A DNA stretch of 64,000 nucleotides from Octopus sinensis (Eukaryota): NCBI RefSeq assembly GCF_006345805.1, contig NC_043007.1:58094001-58158000 (forward strand). Direction: 5' to 3'. Of this stretch, positions 15,339 to 28,922 are shown piece after piece. The translations under genes were made by a program, and so were the position numbers. The notes under the pieces are model-generated. The model worked only from the letters and a program-made list of their open reading frames with translations, ran no database searches and was not told the origin of the DNA. Within the stretch, counting starts at the first letter, position 1. Each line of letters begins with the position of its first letter.

Positions 15339-15372
15339 TAGTTAGATAGATAGATAGATAAATAAATAGATG

Positions 15373-15457
<85 letters not shown>

Positions 15458-15478
15458 GTAAGTAGGTAGATAGATAGA

Positions 15479-15588
15479 TACAAAATTAAGAAGAATGACC
15501 ACTAAAGTGGACACCCTATATGCTAAACACCCTAGCGTGTTTAGCATATAGGGTGTCCACTTTAGTAGTTATTCCTCTTAATTTTGTA
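15479..15588. repeat. Fold-back palindrome, 52-bp arms, 6-nt loop
   Basis: 15501-15530 is the exact reverse complement of 15537-15566; the outer 22 bp have 3 differences. Confidence 0.95.
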
Positions 15589-15666
15589 TGTAACACAATT
15601 TTTAATCTTCGGACTTTTAAACATGCTAAGCCACTGGTTTTAATTTCTACCCTTATTATTTAATTT

Positions 15667-15766
<100 letters not shown>

Positions 15767-15779
15767 CAGATAGACGTAA

Positions 15780-16080
15780 AATAGCTACTATTTACATCAT
15801 TTCACATAATGCATGCCAAAACAAATATTTTGTTTAACCTAGCTAGATTAATCAGAACAGTTGTCTCCAATCCAAAAATTCAGAATCAAAAACTCCAGGA
15901 ATTCAAACAAGCTGTACTCGAAAGAAAGTACTCTTTTACTCTAAAAGAGAATGCTACGGAATACACTAAAGGAATAAACCTTGAAGTAGTTTGAAAAGCC
16001 TAGAGCGGTTTCGATACATCCAAAACTATATCGTTAATTACACATTTTCTTCCACCTTCGCATAAACTATCCTCCCTCTA
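15780..16080 (+). mobile_element. Penelope-like element, RT thumb/linker remnant
   Basis: HAKTNILFNLARLIRTVVSN..KLQEFKQAVLERKY resembles the PLE H.K.NIPF.LARRI.TIVS..RL.EL..L..R.YP pattern. Confidence 0.6.
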
Positions 16081-16539
16081 ATGTAAGTTAAAAGACCCTT
16101 TCCACTATTTTTGATTTAATTTCTTAATAGATATTTTTGTTTTATTTTTTGAAGTTTTAAATATTTAAATCAATTTTTGAAATTTTTTTTTTCCAGGTTT
16201 TATACATTAGTATATACACATATTTTTATAATGCCTCACTTTCACGTATATCTATAGGTCTAAAATAATATATTACAAAATACCCACATTTGAAAGAGAA
16301 TTGAAGAAATATTTATAAACACACAGCCCACAGATCCTTCCTCCATAAAATTCAATAATTAAAATTTCTACATAGTAATCAAATTGCTTATAGAATAAAG
16401 AACACTAGGGAGAAATATACAGGCCAACATCCTTTATATCTACCTTTATATCTTGGGAACAGCAAAGCGAAAAGTAATTAATTTCTATGCTTACAACACC
16501 GTGGCACGCTCGACTAATAACCTCCACCTTCCAAATAAA

Positions 16540-17130
16540 AAGAGGAAATAGCATATATAACATCAACAGCAAGTAAAAAAAAAATACTGGCCAGATAAAA
16601 CTTATCAGCTACAACAGTTTTTCGTGAACATTTAGAAATACCATTAAAAGAAGCTGATGCACCCAATTACTAAGTTTTCAAAAGTTGGACTAAACTTGGA
16701 ACATTGCATTGCAAAAGCGAAGGATTAAATCCTACAAAACAAAAAATAACAAAAACAAATTATACATCCGCTGTCCAAAAGCGTCCTCAACCTACCTACT
16801 TCCTTTTTGTGAACCACTAAAACCCAATTCCATAATCTGAAGCTGACACACCTAAATATACACACCTGTTTATACTTCTATACGCATGAATAAATTCTTA
16901 ATAAAAACGTATCCCAAAATTTAATCAATAAAATTTCTCCACAACGCCTCCATCACAACCCACTTTGCAATCTCATTACTATTCAACTGAACAACACAAA
17001 CGTCGGGAAAATTTTATCTCCAGAAAGACGATATAAGGGCTAGATTAGATTAATACATCACAGCTCGATGATGGTTTAGCAGGCCGAAACTTCGAAGTCA
17101 CTGTCAATACTATTCTTGATGCAGAATTTT
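16540..17130 (+). mobile_element. Probable decayed Penelope-like 3' region
   Basis: SIYNINSK*KKNTGQI (degenerate GIY-YIG) followed by a hammerhead-like motif at 17060-17104. Confidence 0.35.
17058..17105 (+). ncRNA. Degenerate type I hammerhead motif
   Basis: acag-CTCGATGA-tggtttagcaggcc-GAAA-C-TTCGAA-G-TC-a-ctgt; the core is non-canonical (CTCGATGA). Confidence 0.4.
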
Positions 17131-17212
17131 ATGTGTGTGTGTGTGTGTGTGTGTGTGCTACCGTAATATCAAGCCCTAACTAACCTGAACTTTGCGCGCA
17201 CACACAAACACA

Positions 17213-17288
<76 letters not shown>

Positions 17289-17303
17289 ACACAAACGCGC
17301 GCG

Positions 17304-17349
<46 letters not shown>

Positions 17350-17355
17350 ATATAT

Positions 17356-17401
<46 letters not shown>

Positions 17402-18429
17402 CAATAAAACATTATGGATTGTCTTTTAGTACTTGGAATGACAAATTAAATCACCGTAAACAGACATTTGCACGCCAGTGGATTAAAGTGCACAAAATGA
17501 GTGTCACTCTGAGTCTCTGTGATTACAACCTAGTGACTGGCCGAAGCGAGATGACCAATAATCACTTTTAACAACAAGTTTATCATCCGAGAAGAATACG
17601 GTGATAAAGGCTACAAGTTCCCTCACTCCCTGTGAGTTTTAATTTGGATGCTAATTAACTTATAGCTTGGAGTATGCAAAGTGCTACTACCCCAGCTCAG
17701 AGTAAACTTTGGGAGCAATAATAGCTAAGAGGTATTCAACGTTCCTTACAACTCAAAAACATGGAACCAGGGTCCCACTGCACAATGCATTCCATGCATA
17801 TATATATGTATGTGAGTGTTGTGTACGTGTGTCTTTGTATATATATTAATATATATATATACACATATACATGTATATATATAAACATATACATATGTGC
17901 ATATCTATATATATATATATATATATATAAATGTATACACACACACATACATATATATATATATAAATTTAAGTCACAATATCTTGATTCTACTAATAAA
18001 AAAAACCTCCTTAAAATATATAAAGCATACAGAATATATCGTACCATACAAAAGAAAATATATGGAGTGCATAAAAGTATAAATAACAAAAAAATATATA
18101 CTATGATAAAATTTCATTTACCATTGAAAATAATCCCCCAACATAACGGGAGCTTTTGAAAATGTCATGTTGAGGGATTATCTTTAGCATAGATTTCTTT
18201 TAACCTGAAGAGATAGCTTAATATCTGCATTAATTTAAAGATAGTTTATATTAATACAGACATGTAAGTAATTTATCATTCATTAGAAATATAATTAATT
18301 ATATACACGTGTATATCAAGCTGCGAAACAATTGTTGTTAAATTTAAATTTCCAATGGTAACATAAATTTTATCATAGTATATTTCTTTTGCTATTTCTA
18401 ATTTTATACATACATAACCATGAGTACCA

Positions 18430-18871
18430 AATACAAGTGAATAAATGCCTGCGTAACTGTAAAAACAAAATTGTTTGCCGTTTAGAAAATCAGTGTTTAA
18501 GGGAAAATATAGTCTATCAGTGTAAGGTATTAACAGACGATCGTAAGTATTATTACATTGGCTCAATTTGAAAATCTAGATTTCATAATCATTCTCATGC
18601 ATTTAAGTAAAGAAGAAAAAGTAATTCAACAAATCCTAGTAAATGCATTTGGGATTTAAGAGATAGGAACATTAAGTATGATTTTCAGTGATCCATTATT
18701 AGTTAAGCACCAACGTACTACATTGGTACTTTTACATGTGATATTTGCCTTCAAGATGTATTATATAATTTCTCGTAAGTTAATTTTATTTAGCTTTATT
18801 GGAAGTATTACAAAGAGCTGTTGCTATAAATTTATATGTATATATAAATTATACATACATACATACATACA

Positions 18872-18918
<47 letters not shown>

Positions 18919-19270
18919 TATTTGGGACCCGTCAGTCTCCTGCAACTCCGAGTTTCACCTGTAAGTGCGCAGGATCTCACCTACAGGCAAAACTCAGAGT
19001 AGCAAAATAAAATATTATTCATCTCTACCAACGTATTGGGTACTCTTTTTTCTGATAATTAATATTAAACGGTTTTATGTGTGTGTGTGAGTGTATATAT
19101 GACATATATATGACTCGCTGATGAAGCCAGCCTTAGCAAACATATTCTGTGTTTTGCTAGAAAGAAGCAGAAACCGCGGTACGAGTTGTTAAAATTATCG
19201 GTAAACGTTTTTGATTTTCACTCTCGATAAGTTCATCCCCTTTTTGTGTTCTCCGCACTCGGCATCTTTA
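18430..19270 (+). mobile_element. Penelope-like element: GIY-YIG remnant plus pLTR, split by a microsatellite
   Basis: C-NCKNKIVCRLENQCLRENIVYQCKV..YYYIGS..RFHNH..NST..IWDL..CDICL; hammerhead downstream. Confidence 0.75.
19110..19189 (+). ncRNA. Type I hammerhead ribozyme motif in the Penelope pLTR
   Basis: Stem I actcg(19113-17)/cgagt(19182-86); core CTGATGA (19118-24); long stem II with tagcaaa/tttgcta; GAAA (19170-73); stem III C-CGCG-G palindromic loop; cleavage triplet GTA. Confidence 0.7.
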
Positions 19271-19384
19271 TTTAGGAGCCCTTAATTGTATAACCACATG
19301 AATAATATTTTTCTATATGAATAATATTTTCGTCTTATGACTAATTCGTCTTTTGTGCTGGGCACCTGGTAGTAAATAATATTA

Positions 19385-19708
19385 CTGGAAGACTCCGCCG
19401 GTAACGACGACGAGGGTCCCAACTGATACGATCAACGGAACAGCTTGCTCGTGAAATTAACGTGCAAATGGCTGAGCATTTCACAGACACGTGTACCCTT
19501 AACGTAGTTCTCGGGGATAATCAGCGTGACACAGAGAGTGACAAGGCTGACCCTTGGAAATACAAGTACAACTCATTTTTGCCAGCTGAGTGGACTGGAG
19601 CAACGTGAAATAAAGTGTCTTGCTCAAGGACACAACGCGTCGCCGGGAATCGAACTCACAACCTTACGATCATGAGCCGAATGCCCTAACCACTAAGCCA
19701 CGCGCCCT
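19385..19708 (-). mobile_element. tRNA-derived SINE family O
   Basis: Reverse complement begins gcgcgtggcttagtggttagggcattcggctcatgatcgtaaggttgtgagttcgattcccgg (A and B boxes). Confidence 0.85.
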
Positions 19709-19744
19709 CACTGAAATAATATTACTACCCTTCTTGTGTATATA

Positions 19745-19796
<52 letters not shown>

Positions 19797-19905
19797 TGTA
19801 TATATAACATATATGTATATATATATATATATATGTATGTATATATATATATATATATATATTATATGTTTGTATATATGACATATATGTATATATATAT
19901 GTATG

Positions 19906-19948
<43 letters not shown>

Positions 19949-19952
<4 letters not shown>

Positions 19953-20250
19953 AGGCGCAATGGCCTAGTGGTTAGGGCAGCGGACTCGCGGTCGCAGGAT
20001 CGCGGTTTCGATTCCCAGACCGGGCGTTGTGAGTGTTTATTGAGCGAAAACACCTAAAAGGTTCCACGAGGCTCCGGCAGGGGGGGGGGTGATCCCTGTT
20101 GTACTCTTTCACCACTCTTTCGCCCACTCTTTCTTCTGTTGGCCTGCTCGCTTAGCCAGCGGGGTGGCGTCATTCGAAGGCTAAAACAATGCGAACGCAT
20201 TGTGACCAGCGATGTGTAACAACATCTGATTGCCTGGTCGGTCACGTGAT

Positions 20251-20258
<8 letters not shown>
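19949..20258 (+). mobile_element. tRNA-derived SINE family R, tail ending (CACGTGAT)2
   Basis: A box tggcctagtgg, B box ggtttcgattccc; first ~190 nt shared with 2580-2776 (-). Confidence 0.85.
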
Positions 20259-20288
<30 letters not shown>

Positions 20289-20499
20289 GTGCACCCAAGT
20301 AAAGCCACATACATACATGCATATGTGTGTATGTGTGTACGAGTTTGTTTCTCTTTTCGTCCTTGTATTTATCCGTTTTATGTTCTTTCTCTGTGAGTGC
20401 TGTAGCGTTAATAATATGAATCATGCGATTTTAGAATTCACTTCGATTATTGGCAGAACGTTTTTTTACATTTGCTCAATACAATACTCTCTATGAAAT

Positions 20500-20850
20500 G
20501 CAACATCATAACGGACCAAACAAGTCCCACTTCTAGAAGTCAATACTTTATATAACACGTCACCTGCTCTCACGAAACATTGAGGAAATGAGGAAATAAC
20601 TAAGATATTTGTGTCTCTGCAAAATGAATCTTTACCGTCAATATCATATTCCATTTATCAAAGTATCTGACGGTTTAGAATAAGATGGCTACCCTCGGAG
20701 TCGAATTTACTATAGAGAAGGCATATTTCTATGTTCCCAACTTCTATGTGATCGGTTCCCAATCGTTTAACATTGCATCCTTCTCCACTCCTTTGAACTC
20801 ATAACATTCCATATTTTTAGGGGGAAATTATTCCTCCGTCTTTGTTTGCA
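20500..20850 (+). mobile_element. Possible highly decayed CR1-type LINE fragment
   Basis: W..SNLL*RRHISMFPTSM*SVPNRL..GEII loosely follows the CR1 ..RRATKMIP..LSY.ERL..RGDMI pattern. Confidence 0.3.
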
Positions 20851-21334
20851 GTATTTGTTGTATTATTCCATATGCTTATATATATTTTTTCAACACTAAA
20901 AGATTTTATTGTCATCGTTCTTTCAGAATTACACTGCAACTTCATTTGGGTGGCGGCCTATAATTTGGGAACCACTGATCTATATTTTAAACTAGGCAAC
21001 TGTGTGATAGTTCGACTTGCTAAAAATAGCAGTCATTTCATCCTTGAATCACACCCTGACATCTGAATAAAATAGGGACATATTAGATCATGAAGTTCTA
21101 GATATATCATGTTTCAATAAAAGACAAGATGCTCTCGACTGGAACGTCTTTGAAAATAGATGTGCCCACTCAGGATTAACTTGGAACAATTGAAATTCAA
21201 CAACAATAGCTGTAGCAACAACACCTGAATCATCATCAACAACAACATCTGCTAAAATAGTAGCAACAGGATCAGACTCGCGACAGAACGCTCTGTGCTT
21301 ATTGTTGAGCTTGTGGATTTTGATAATCGCACGC

Positions 21335-21650
21335 ATCAACCTCCTACTTTGTAGCTATCCATCGCATGCGCAGGTATGGACATGTCCTCAATCTCCGGCT
21401 AGATCAACCTACCAGAGTTTTACACTCATTCGACGCAGCAGCTGTAGGCTGGAAGAGGCCTCGTGACAGGCCCTGCACCAGATGGCTGGCCGTGGTTAGG
21501 AAAATCTCCAGAAGCTCGACGTCAAATTGAAGGATGCAGAAGGCAACGATGGAGGGCACTGGTGAACCTAATCGGCTCTACGGATAACACCTCTCCGACC
21601 ACTAACCTGGGATGACCCCAGCCCCATCGAGCATGAAGCAAGCAAACGAG
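21335..21650 (+). mobile_element. RTE-clade LINE 3' fragment
   Basis: tatggacatgtcctc...ggctggaagaggcctcgtgacaggccctgcaccagatgg encodes the YGHVL/GWKRPR/RW motifs; shares its 3' UTR with 10195-10260. Confidence 0.7.
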
Positions 21651-21681
21651 CATTGTTGTTATTATTATTATTGCTGATTAC

Positions 21682-21897
21682 AAAGGGGTGAGCTGGCAGA
21701 ATTAGCACGCTAGGCGAAATGATTAGCGGTATTTCGCACGTCGCTACGCTCTGAGTTCAAATTCCGCTGAGGTCTACTTTGCCCTTCATCCTCTCGGGGG
21801 TCGATAAATTAAGTATCAGTGAAACACTGGGGGTCGATGTAATCGACTAGTCTCCTCACCCAAAATTTCAGGCTTTGTGCCTTTATTAGAAGGATTG
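21682..21897 (+). mobile_element. SINE family M, tail type 2a
   Basis: Same head and core; tail aaaatttcaggctttgtgcctttattagaagg. Confidence 0.8.
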
Positions 21898-22699
21898 TTG
21901 CTGTTGTTGTTATTGGTGTCTATCCCTACGTCTACCAAAACTGAGCAAAATTTATGATCAAAGGCATTCCACTGTGACTATCCCGTTCTTATGCATAGAA
22001 ACACAGGATCGCTGAATACATATGGCGTTTTCTAAGACGGTATGGCGTGAGATTTGAGGGAGATTTGGTTGCGATTACTTGCAAATCGAGCAGCCAGATA
22101 AAGGCATATTCGTTGACTCGTTGTTGCTATTTTTACTGTTGTTATCGTTGTTGTTGTTGTTGTGACGGCGGTGATGGTGAAGGTGATGGTGATGGTGGTG
22201 GTGGTGGTGGTGGTGGTGGTGGAGGTGATAGTTGCTCTTGTCTCGAGTTGTTCATATTGTTGTTGTCGCTGTTTATGTTATTACTGCTGCTTTGCTGCTG
22301 CTCTCATCGATTATGTCCTTGTTCTTGTCACTGTTGTTATTATTGCTGCTGATGCAGCTACTACCGCTGCTGTTGTTCCCCTTATGATTTTCTTTTTACC
22401 TTCTTCTTTTTTATTGAGTTTTGCTTCCCAATTCCAGAATCTTCGTCGTCGTTGTAGTTGTTGTTGCTAATAATCTCATTATTTTCCCATCATTAACAAC
22501 CGTTAACTTTCACACCAGCTCTGACCTCCATGCACCTTTCTGATCACCTCCTCCCCAATAACAGACATTAGTCACCACCAACACCACCAACACCACAACC
22601 ACCACAACCACCGCTACCACCACCACCATCACCACCATCACCACCACACCACTCCACCGTTACCACCCCCGCCATTCACACACACAATCTATTCTTTTC

Positions 22700-23470
22700 C
22701 TCCTCCTTCTTCCTTTCTCTTCGCCCTTCCTTCCTTTTATTACTTTCTTTGTAACTCCATTTTTCTGAATATTCCCATAATGCCGTATCAATAACATAAC
22801 TTTCTCTTTAAAATTTCTTCCTTACTCTTCCGTTTTGTTACCCTATTCGACCAATCCAACCTCTCCACCCCATCTTCACACCCAGCCTCCGCTTCCTGCC
22901 TCTTACCGTTCACCACCCGCCATCTAACCATTATAACCCTCTTCCTTCTTTCTTTATCTTCCATCCGTCTATGTCTATCCTCCTTTATTTTCTCTCCCCT
23001 CCACTCCGCTTTTTTTTCAGTCTCCTCTCTCTCTTTCCTTTTCTTCACTCTCTTTCCACTTCCCTCTCCCATCCTCCCTCCTCTCTCCTCTCTCTCACCC
23101 TCTCTCCCTCTTCCTTTCTCTTCATTCCCTTCTCTCCTTCATAAATGAAGTGTCCTATGTTTTATATACCTTAATGACGTCTACTCTCACCCTCTCTCTC
23201 TCACCCCTTCTGTCTCCACTCCTCTTCTCTCCCCCTTTTCTCTCCTCTCCTCTCTCTCTCCTCCTTCTCTCCTCCTCTCTCGTCTCTTTTTTTCTCCCCT
23301 TCTCTTTCTCTCCTCGCTTCTCACTCTATCCTCTCCTCTCTCCTCTTCTCTCTCCCTCCTCTCTCTCCTCCTTCTTTCCTTCTCTCTCTCCCCTTTTCTC
23401 TTTCTCCGCCTTTCCTCTTCTGTCTCTCCCCGTCTCTCACTCCGCTTCTCCCCTTTCTCTTTCTACCCTT

Positions 23471-23504
<34 letters not shown>

Positions 23505-23520
23505 CTATCTATTTCTCTTT
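22700..23520. repeat. Long polypyrimidine/polypurine (CT-rich) tract
   Basis: The + strand is strongly C/T-biased, especially 22960-23520. Confidence 0.85.
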
Positions 23521-25063
23521 TTTTTAAATACCTCTAACGCTGCTGTAATGACAAAGATGTATGCGGTGGAGGAGAGGGGGCAGGATAAATAAAGCTATCA
23601 ACAACAACAACACCAACAACAGCGGCAGCAGCAACACGCAGCCGATTGCCTCGAGCTGTTGAACAATGTCTGACCCCTTACATCACAAAGGCGGGTCCAG
23701 TTGACACAAGGCTTACATAGTGTAGTCTATTGCCTAGGCTCCCGGAAATATTAACAAATGCCCTACAGACTTGTTCACATGTAGTGCGCCATTTCTTCTG
23801 CCTCACTAAATTTTCGGTGGCGTTGGATGTGTGGATGGAGGGATGGCTGAACCAATGGATGAATGGATGGAGGGATGCATGCATGTGTGTGTATGTATCG
23901 GTGTATGTGTGTGTGTGTGTTTGTATGTATGCGTGTATGCATGTGTGTATGTGTATGTGCATGTGTATGCATGTATATGTGTACATATGAGTAATGTATG
24001 TGTGTATGTATGTGTATATGCATGTATGTATGTGTGTGTATATATATATTTGTTTATCTATAAATGAATGTGTATGTGTATGTATATGCGTATGTGTATG
24101 TTTGATGTATGTGTGAGTCTATATATGTGTATGCATATGTTTGCATGTACACATGTATGTATGTACGTACTCATGCGTGTATCTGCATATTTGAGTATAT
24201 GTATGAGTGGGGAGAATTATGGCTTTTGAATTGCAGTGATGGTGGTGGCGGCGCAGGTGGCAGCGGCGATGGCGGTGGTGGCAGTGGTGGTGGTGGTAGT
24301 CTTTGACGCAGCGTGTTTTGTGCGGTGTTCATGTGTGGAAACCGAACAAATGGTGGCGAAAGGTACGGGATGGGTTATTAAGTCACTCACAGTCAGTCAC
24401 AGTCAGTCAGTCAGACAGAATATCGGCCAGGGAGTTAATCAGTCAACAGATTAAAAGTCATTCTTCCCCCACCGCTCCTATCCCCCAAACCGTTTGGGTC
24501 CCATTCATTACTGATTGCTAACCAACACACAACGGTTTGGGGGTTCGTGCAAGCAATGCAATGCAGAACGAGGCAAGGCGCAACATATTTTAAAAACACG
24601 AGCCAAGGTTGTTATTGATGAAATTAATTACATGCCTTGTTAATATAATGGTGTAAACAATTGGATTTGTCTACGGCTTTTGTGGTCGCAGAAGACGACC
24701 TGCGTTCGTATTCACGTAGCGTATATTATGAATGTACGCGTACACACACACGCACATACACACATACACACACACAAACAAAAACACTCACGCACACAAA
24801 CACATACACAGACACAAGATTGCGTTCGCACAAATAAACATATTGACCCATCTGTACACGAGAAAAACACACACACACCCATCCCGCCGAGCTCCCTGTA
24901 AACAAAATATGCATTCACAACAAAGATGTACTTTAACACCAAATCATGTTCACGCGCACGCGCGCGCTTGTTTACGTGTGTGTCCGTATAGACAGACAGA
25001 CAGGCAGGCAGACAAGCAGGCGGACAGACGGACGGACAGAGGGACGGACAAACATAGATAGAT

Positions 25064-25192
<129 letters not shown>

Positions 25193-25454
25193 TGTGGAAA
25201 AAGCAAAAGAACGCTTGATGATAGAAGAAAGAGTTTTTTAGTTTTATTTTTATTTTTGTAAATCGAAAACTTTTCTGATGCCTTCCTGTAGACATCAATA
25301 CAGGGCATTCGACTGAACGGTTGGACCCCTATGCGTCGAATTACCGGAAGAGCTCCATCATATATGCACCTATATGTGCACGTGTATGTTTATGAATGTA
25401 TGTATCAGGATTATTGTTATTGTTCTTATTATTATTCAATGTTTCGAGTTGGTA

Positions 25455-25645
25455 GAATTCTTTGCACGCCGAAAAATATTTGCAGTGGTATTTCGTCCAC
25501 TTGCACTTTCTGAGTTCAAATTCCGATGGGGTCGATTTCGTCGTTCATCTTTTCTAGGTCGATAAAATAGGTACAAGTCGAACAATGGGCTCGATCTAAT
25601 CGACCTATCCTTCCTTTGAAATTGCTGGCCTTGTGTTGAAATTGA
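25455..25645 (+). mobile_element. SINE family M, tail type 2b
   Basis: gagttcaaattcc..ttcatc..ggtcgataaaatag..gaaattgctggccttgtg. Confidence 0.7.
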
Positions 25646-27931
25646 AGGCTTTGTTGTTGTTCATGATGATGATAGTGGTGGTGGTGGTGATGATGATGAT
25701 GATGATGTTGGTGGTGGTGGTGGTGGTGGTGGAGGTGGTGATGATGATGATGATGATGATGATGATGTTGGTGGTGGTAGTGGTGGTGGTGGTGGTGGTG
25801 GAGGTGGTGGTGGTGGAGGTGGTGGTGATGATGTTGATTATCGCCGAAGCTGAAGGTGTTTTGTCAGCTATGTGCGTTTGTGCATTGCTTTCCTTTATAG
25901 AATTCAGTTTTTGTTGTTTTTATTCTACATTGTTTCTTAGTTGGCCGGAACCATAAAGGTCTCGTCTTTTTTACTTACCATACGAAATAAAATTATGAAA
26001 ACGAGAAAATTTTCTAAGTGTGAAAAATTTTCAAATTGGTGTCGTCTATGTCGATCAGCCAGCAAGAGATGAAGATGGGAAGTGATTTCAAAGGTAAAAC
26101 CATATTTCTCAGTCACCCCCGACTACAAAATACACCAGTCGTAGTCGTATTTAAAAGTCGTAGCAGTAGCAACTACAATAGTAACAACAACAATAATAGC
26201 AACAACTATAACAATAACAACGGTGGCAGCAGACTGAACACTGACACGTCAACGAAGCTCACAAAATCACCAGCATTAAAACGTCGTGCATTGCCAACGC
26301 TATGGCATCAAACAGTAGCAACACAACGACAACCATCACTCCAATGAGAAGCAGTAACAGCATCGACAACAATGATTCTAACAACACTGGCAGCGGTTAA
26401 AACATAGCTAAAATATTTCTCTTGCCAAGAACACTAACGTTTTCGATCTCATATCCCTAGGTAATAAGTCATGAATATTTCGAAGAAGGAGAGAAATATA
26501 CCAAGAGACTAGAAAAGAGAAAGGTTGTGCTCAATATACCACAACACGATTTTAGACCAAACAGAAAGGAAAATAATTCTGTGTAGATGCTTATCAATGG
26601 ACAGAAGCAAATTAGAGTGTATACTTTCAGAAAAAGTTGAATTCTTTTTAAGAAACGTATGACAAGTCATTAATTCTGCATGATATGCCCATAATTTCGG
26701 ATATGTCCGAGTTATTTTTACACTTGGAAATCCTAGCCCAGACGCATTCCACCGTCCAAGATATAACTGTAGATTTCTTATTGATGCCAGTTTCCTAGGG
26801 CGGAGAATGATCCAAATGAAAACTCAAACATACCTCAAGAACTAGGCTTTTGGTTAAATATGTGGTTTTGGAAGACTTTAGTACGTTACTAGAAAGAAGA
26901 TTTCGAAAAGAAAGCTTGGATGAAATTGGGGATAATAGAAATCCTACGAGAGCGGCAGGTGGGAGTGGAAAATAGAGGACATTGTTTCAACGACTACCGA
27001 AAAACTTATCACGTCAAAGCTATTTCCCTCCAACAACAATAATAAAATTACAGCCAAAAGAAAACCTCCCCAATGACAAAACACAGATTCAAAACCAGCA
27101 ACGACTACACAAACAATTACAACTTCAGCAGCTAGAACAATGGCTTGCAACTTCAGCAACAGTGACTGCAACACCAGCTACAAGACAAGAAGCAGCACCT
27201 ACAGTAACAACACTACAACGCCAAGAGTGGTAACAACAGCAACAAAATCAACAAAAGAAATACCACCCTCAAGAGCTACCATGTCGCCAACAACGGCAAC
27301 TGAAAAACTCTGAACAAGAACAAAATATAAAAAGATAATCACCCCCGCCACCCAAGATACACCTATCCTCACTTGGGAGCACTCAGATATGTGATGTGTC
27401 GAATGTGACGGCGAGGAGCATAAATAGTAAAATGTTACCAATGTAAAGAAAAGAAAAAGAAAATCAATACCTATACAAAAAAAAAAAACTAGCAGATACC
27501 AACAAACGGTGGAGATGCTTTCGAGCAACGAAAACCCAGTACTATCAGCACTATCATTCCAATGACCACCATCATCATTGTTAAAGACATTACTATAACA
27601 AGCACGAGCACAACCTAATTTATACGCACAACAGTCAGTTCCCACGATCCAACGCGAACCAAAAGAATTAACTACACAGCCATAAACACAACCAATAAAA
27701 AACATTATTCTGTCACTTCTTGTAACCCTCTCTTCTTGTAACGATTTTTGTGGCACTAGTCTTCGAGGCAAAACTGTAGGGGTCACGGCACTATCACAGT
27801 AGCTTTCAGAATGCAGTGAGTGTGAAAAAAAAATAAAAAAGAAGAGAAAAATTGTCCCAAGTCGACCCTTCCTTATTTTATTTATATATATTCAGGGAAA
27901 ATAAACAAAGTTTATCTTGCCAAGATTTGAA

Positions 27932-28440
27932 CTTCTATTTCAGTTGTCTACTTATTAAAACATTCTGGAGCGCTGACCAAAACGAATTACAGTACATAAA
28001 TTCGCTCGTCTACATACTGTGATGTTGCATGACCTTGTGGTTGACTGAGTCCATCCATTAGGTCACCGGTTCGATTTCTTGGCCGGTTGGCACTTAGTAT
28101 CCTTGAGCAAGAATCATTTTATGTTGTTCCAGTCCATTCTGCTGAAAAGGACTCTTATCAACTGTACCGTGGCACACTATTAGCATATTAACAGAAAAAC
28201 TTCCATACACAAAATACTTAAATCCCTTGATGGTTTTGGGACACTGAATGACCATCTACGCAGTGTTACGTTCACAACCTTGCAGAGTCAGTGTTGATAT
28301 TCGTCACTCCAAAATCGACGAAATCAATTGTAACAGTCTATTTGAAGTCATTCAACCGAACATATTCTGTCCTAACAAAAGTAGACACTTGTATGTCGAT
28401 AAAAAAAATCCATTATGCCAGTAGTAATTGTTGTTGTTGG

Positions 28441-28471
<31 letters not shown>

Positions 28472-28689
28472 GGTGGTGTTATCGCTGTTGCTGTTGTTGT
28501 CACGGCTGCTGTCACGCTGTTCTTGTTCGCCTTGTTTAGTTGTAATTGCAGATGTTTTTGTTCTCTTCACAACCACGTGATCTGGGTTCGATCCCACAGC
28601 GTATCCTCTTGATCAAATGTCATTTTCTATAGCCTTGAGGTAACCCTCGTGTTGTGAATGAAATTGAGTTGAGAGAAACTGCGTGAAAG
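27932..28689 (+). repeat. Duplicated segment, copy 2
   Basis: See 1614-2983. Confidence 0.9.
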
Positions 28690-28922
28690 GGAAGCGAGCT
28701 GGCAGAAACGTTAGCACGCTGGGCGAAATGCGTAGCCGTATTTCGTCTGCCGTTACGTTCTGAGTTCAAATTCCGCTGGGATCGACTTTGCCTTTCATCC
28801 TTTCGGGGTCGATAAATTAAGTACCAGTTACGCACTGGAGTAGATATAATCGACTTAATCCGTTTGTCTGTCCTTGTTTGTCTCCTCTGTGTTTAGCCCC
28901 TTGTGGGCAGTAAAGAAATAGG
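28690..28922 (+). mobile_element. SINE family M, tail type 1
   Basis: Near-identical to 7028-7262. Confidence 0.85.

Noticed and set aside
19949-20030. tRNA gene
   Set aside because: A and B boxes are present but there is no complete cloverleaf, and it continues into a body shared with 2580-2776; it is a SINE head.
20466-20654. Protein-like minus-strand ORF MEYDIDGKDSFCRD...
   Set aside because: No recognised homology or convincing splice context; more simply antisense to a decayed CR1-like fragment.
26460-26700. RT fragment suggested by QHDFRPNRK
   Set aside because: Single motif only; flanking RT motifs are not recoverable by eye.
26980-27700. Thr/Ser-rich mucin-like exon
   Set aside because: Multiple stops and frame changes; consistent with decayed ACA/CAA triplet repeats.
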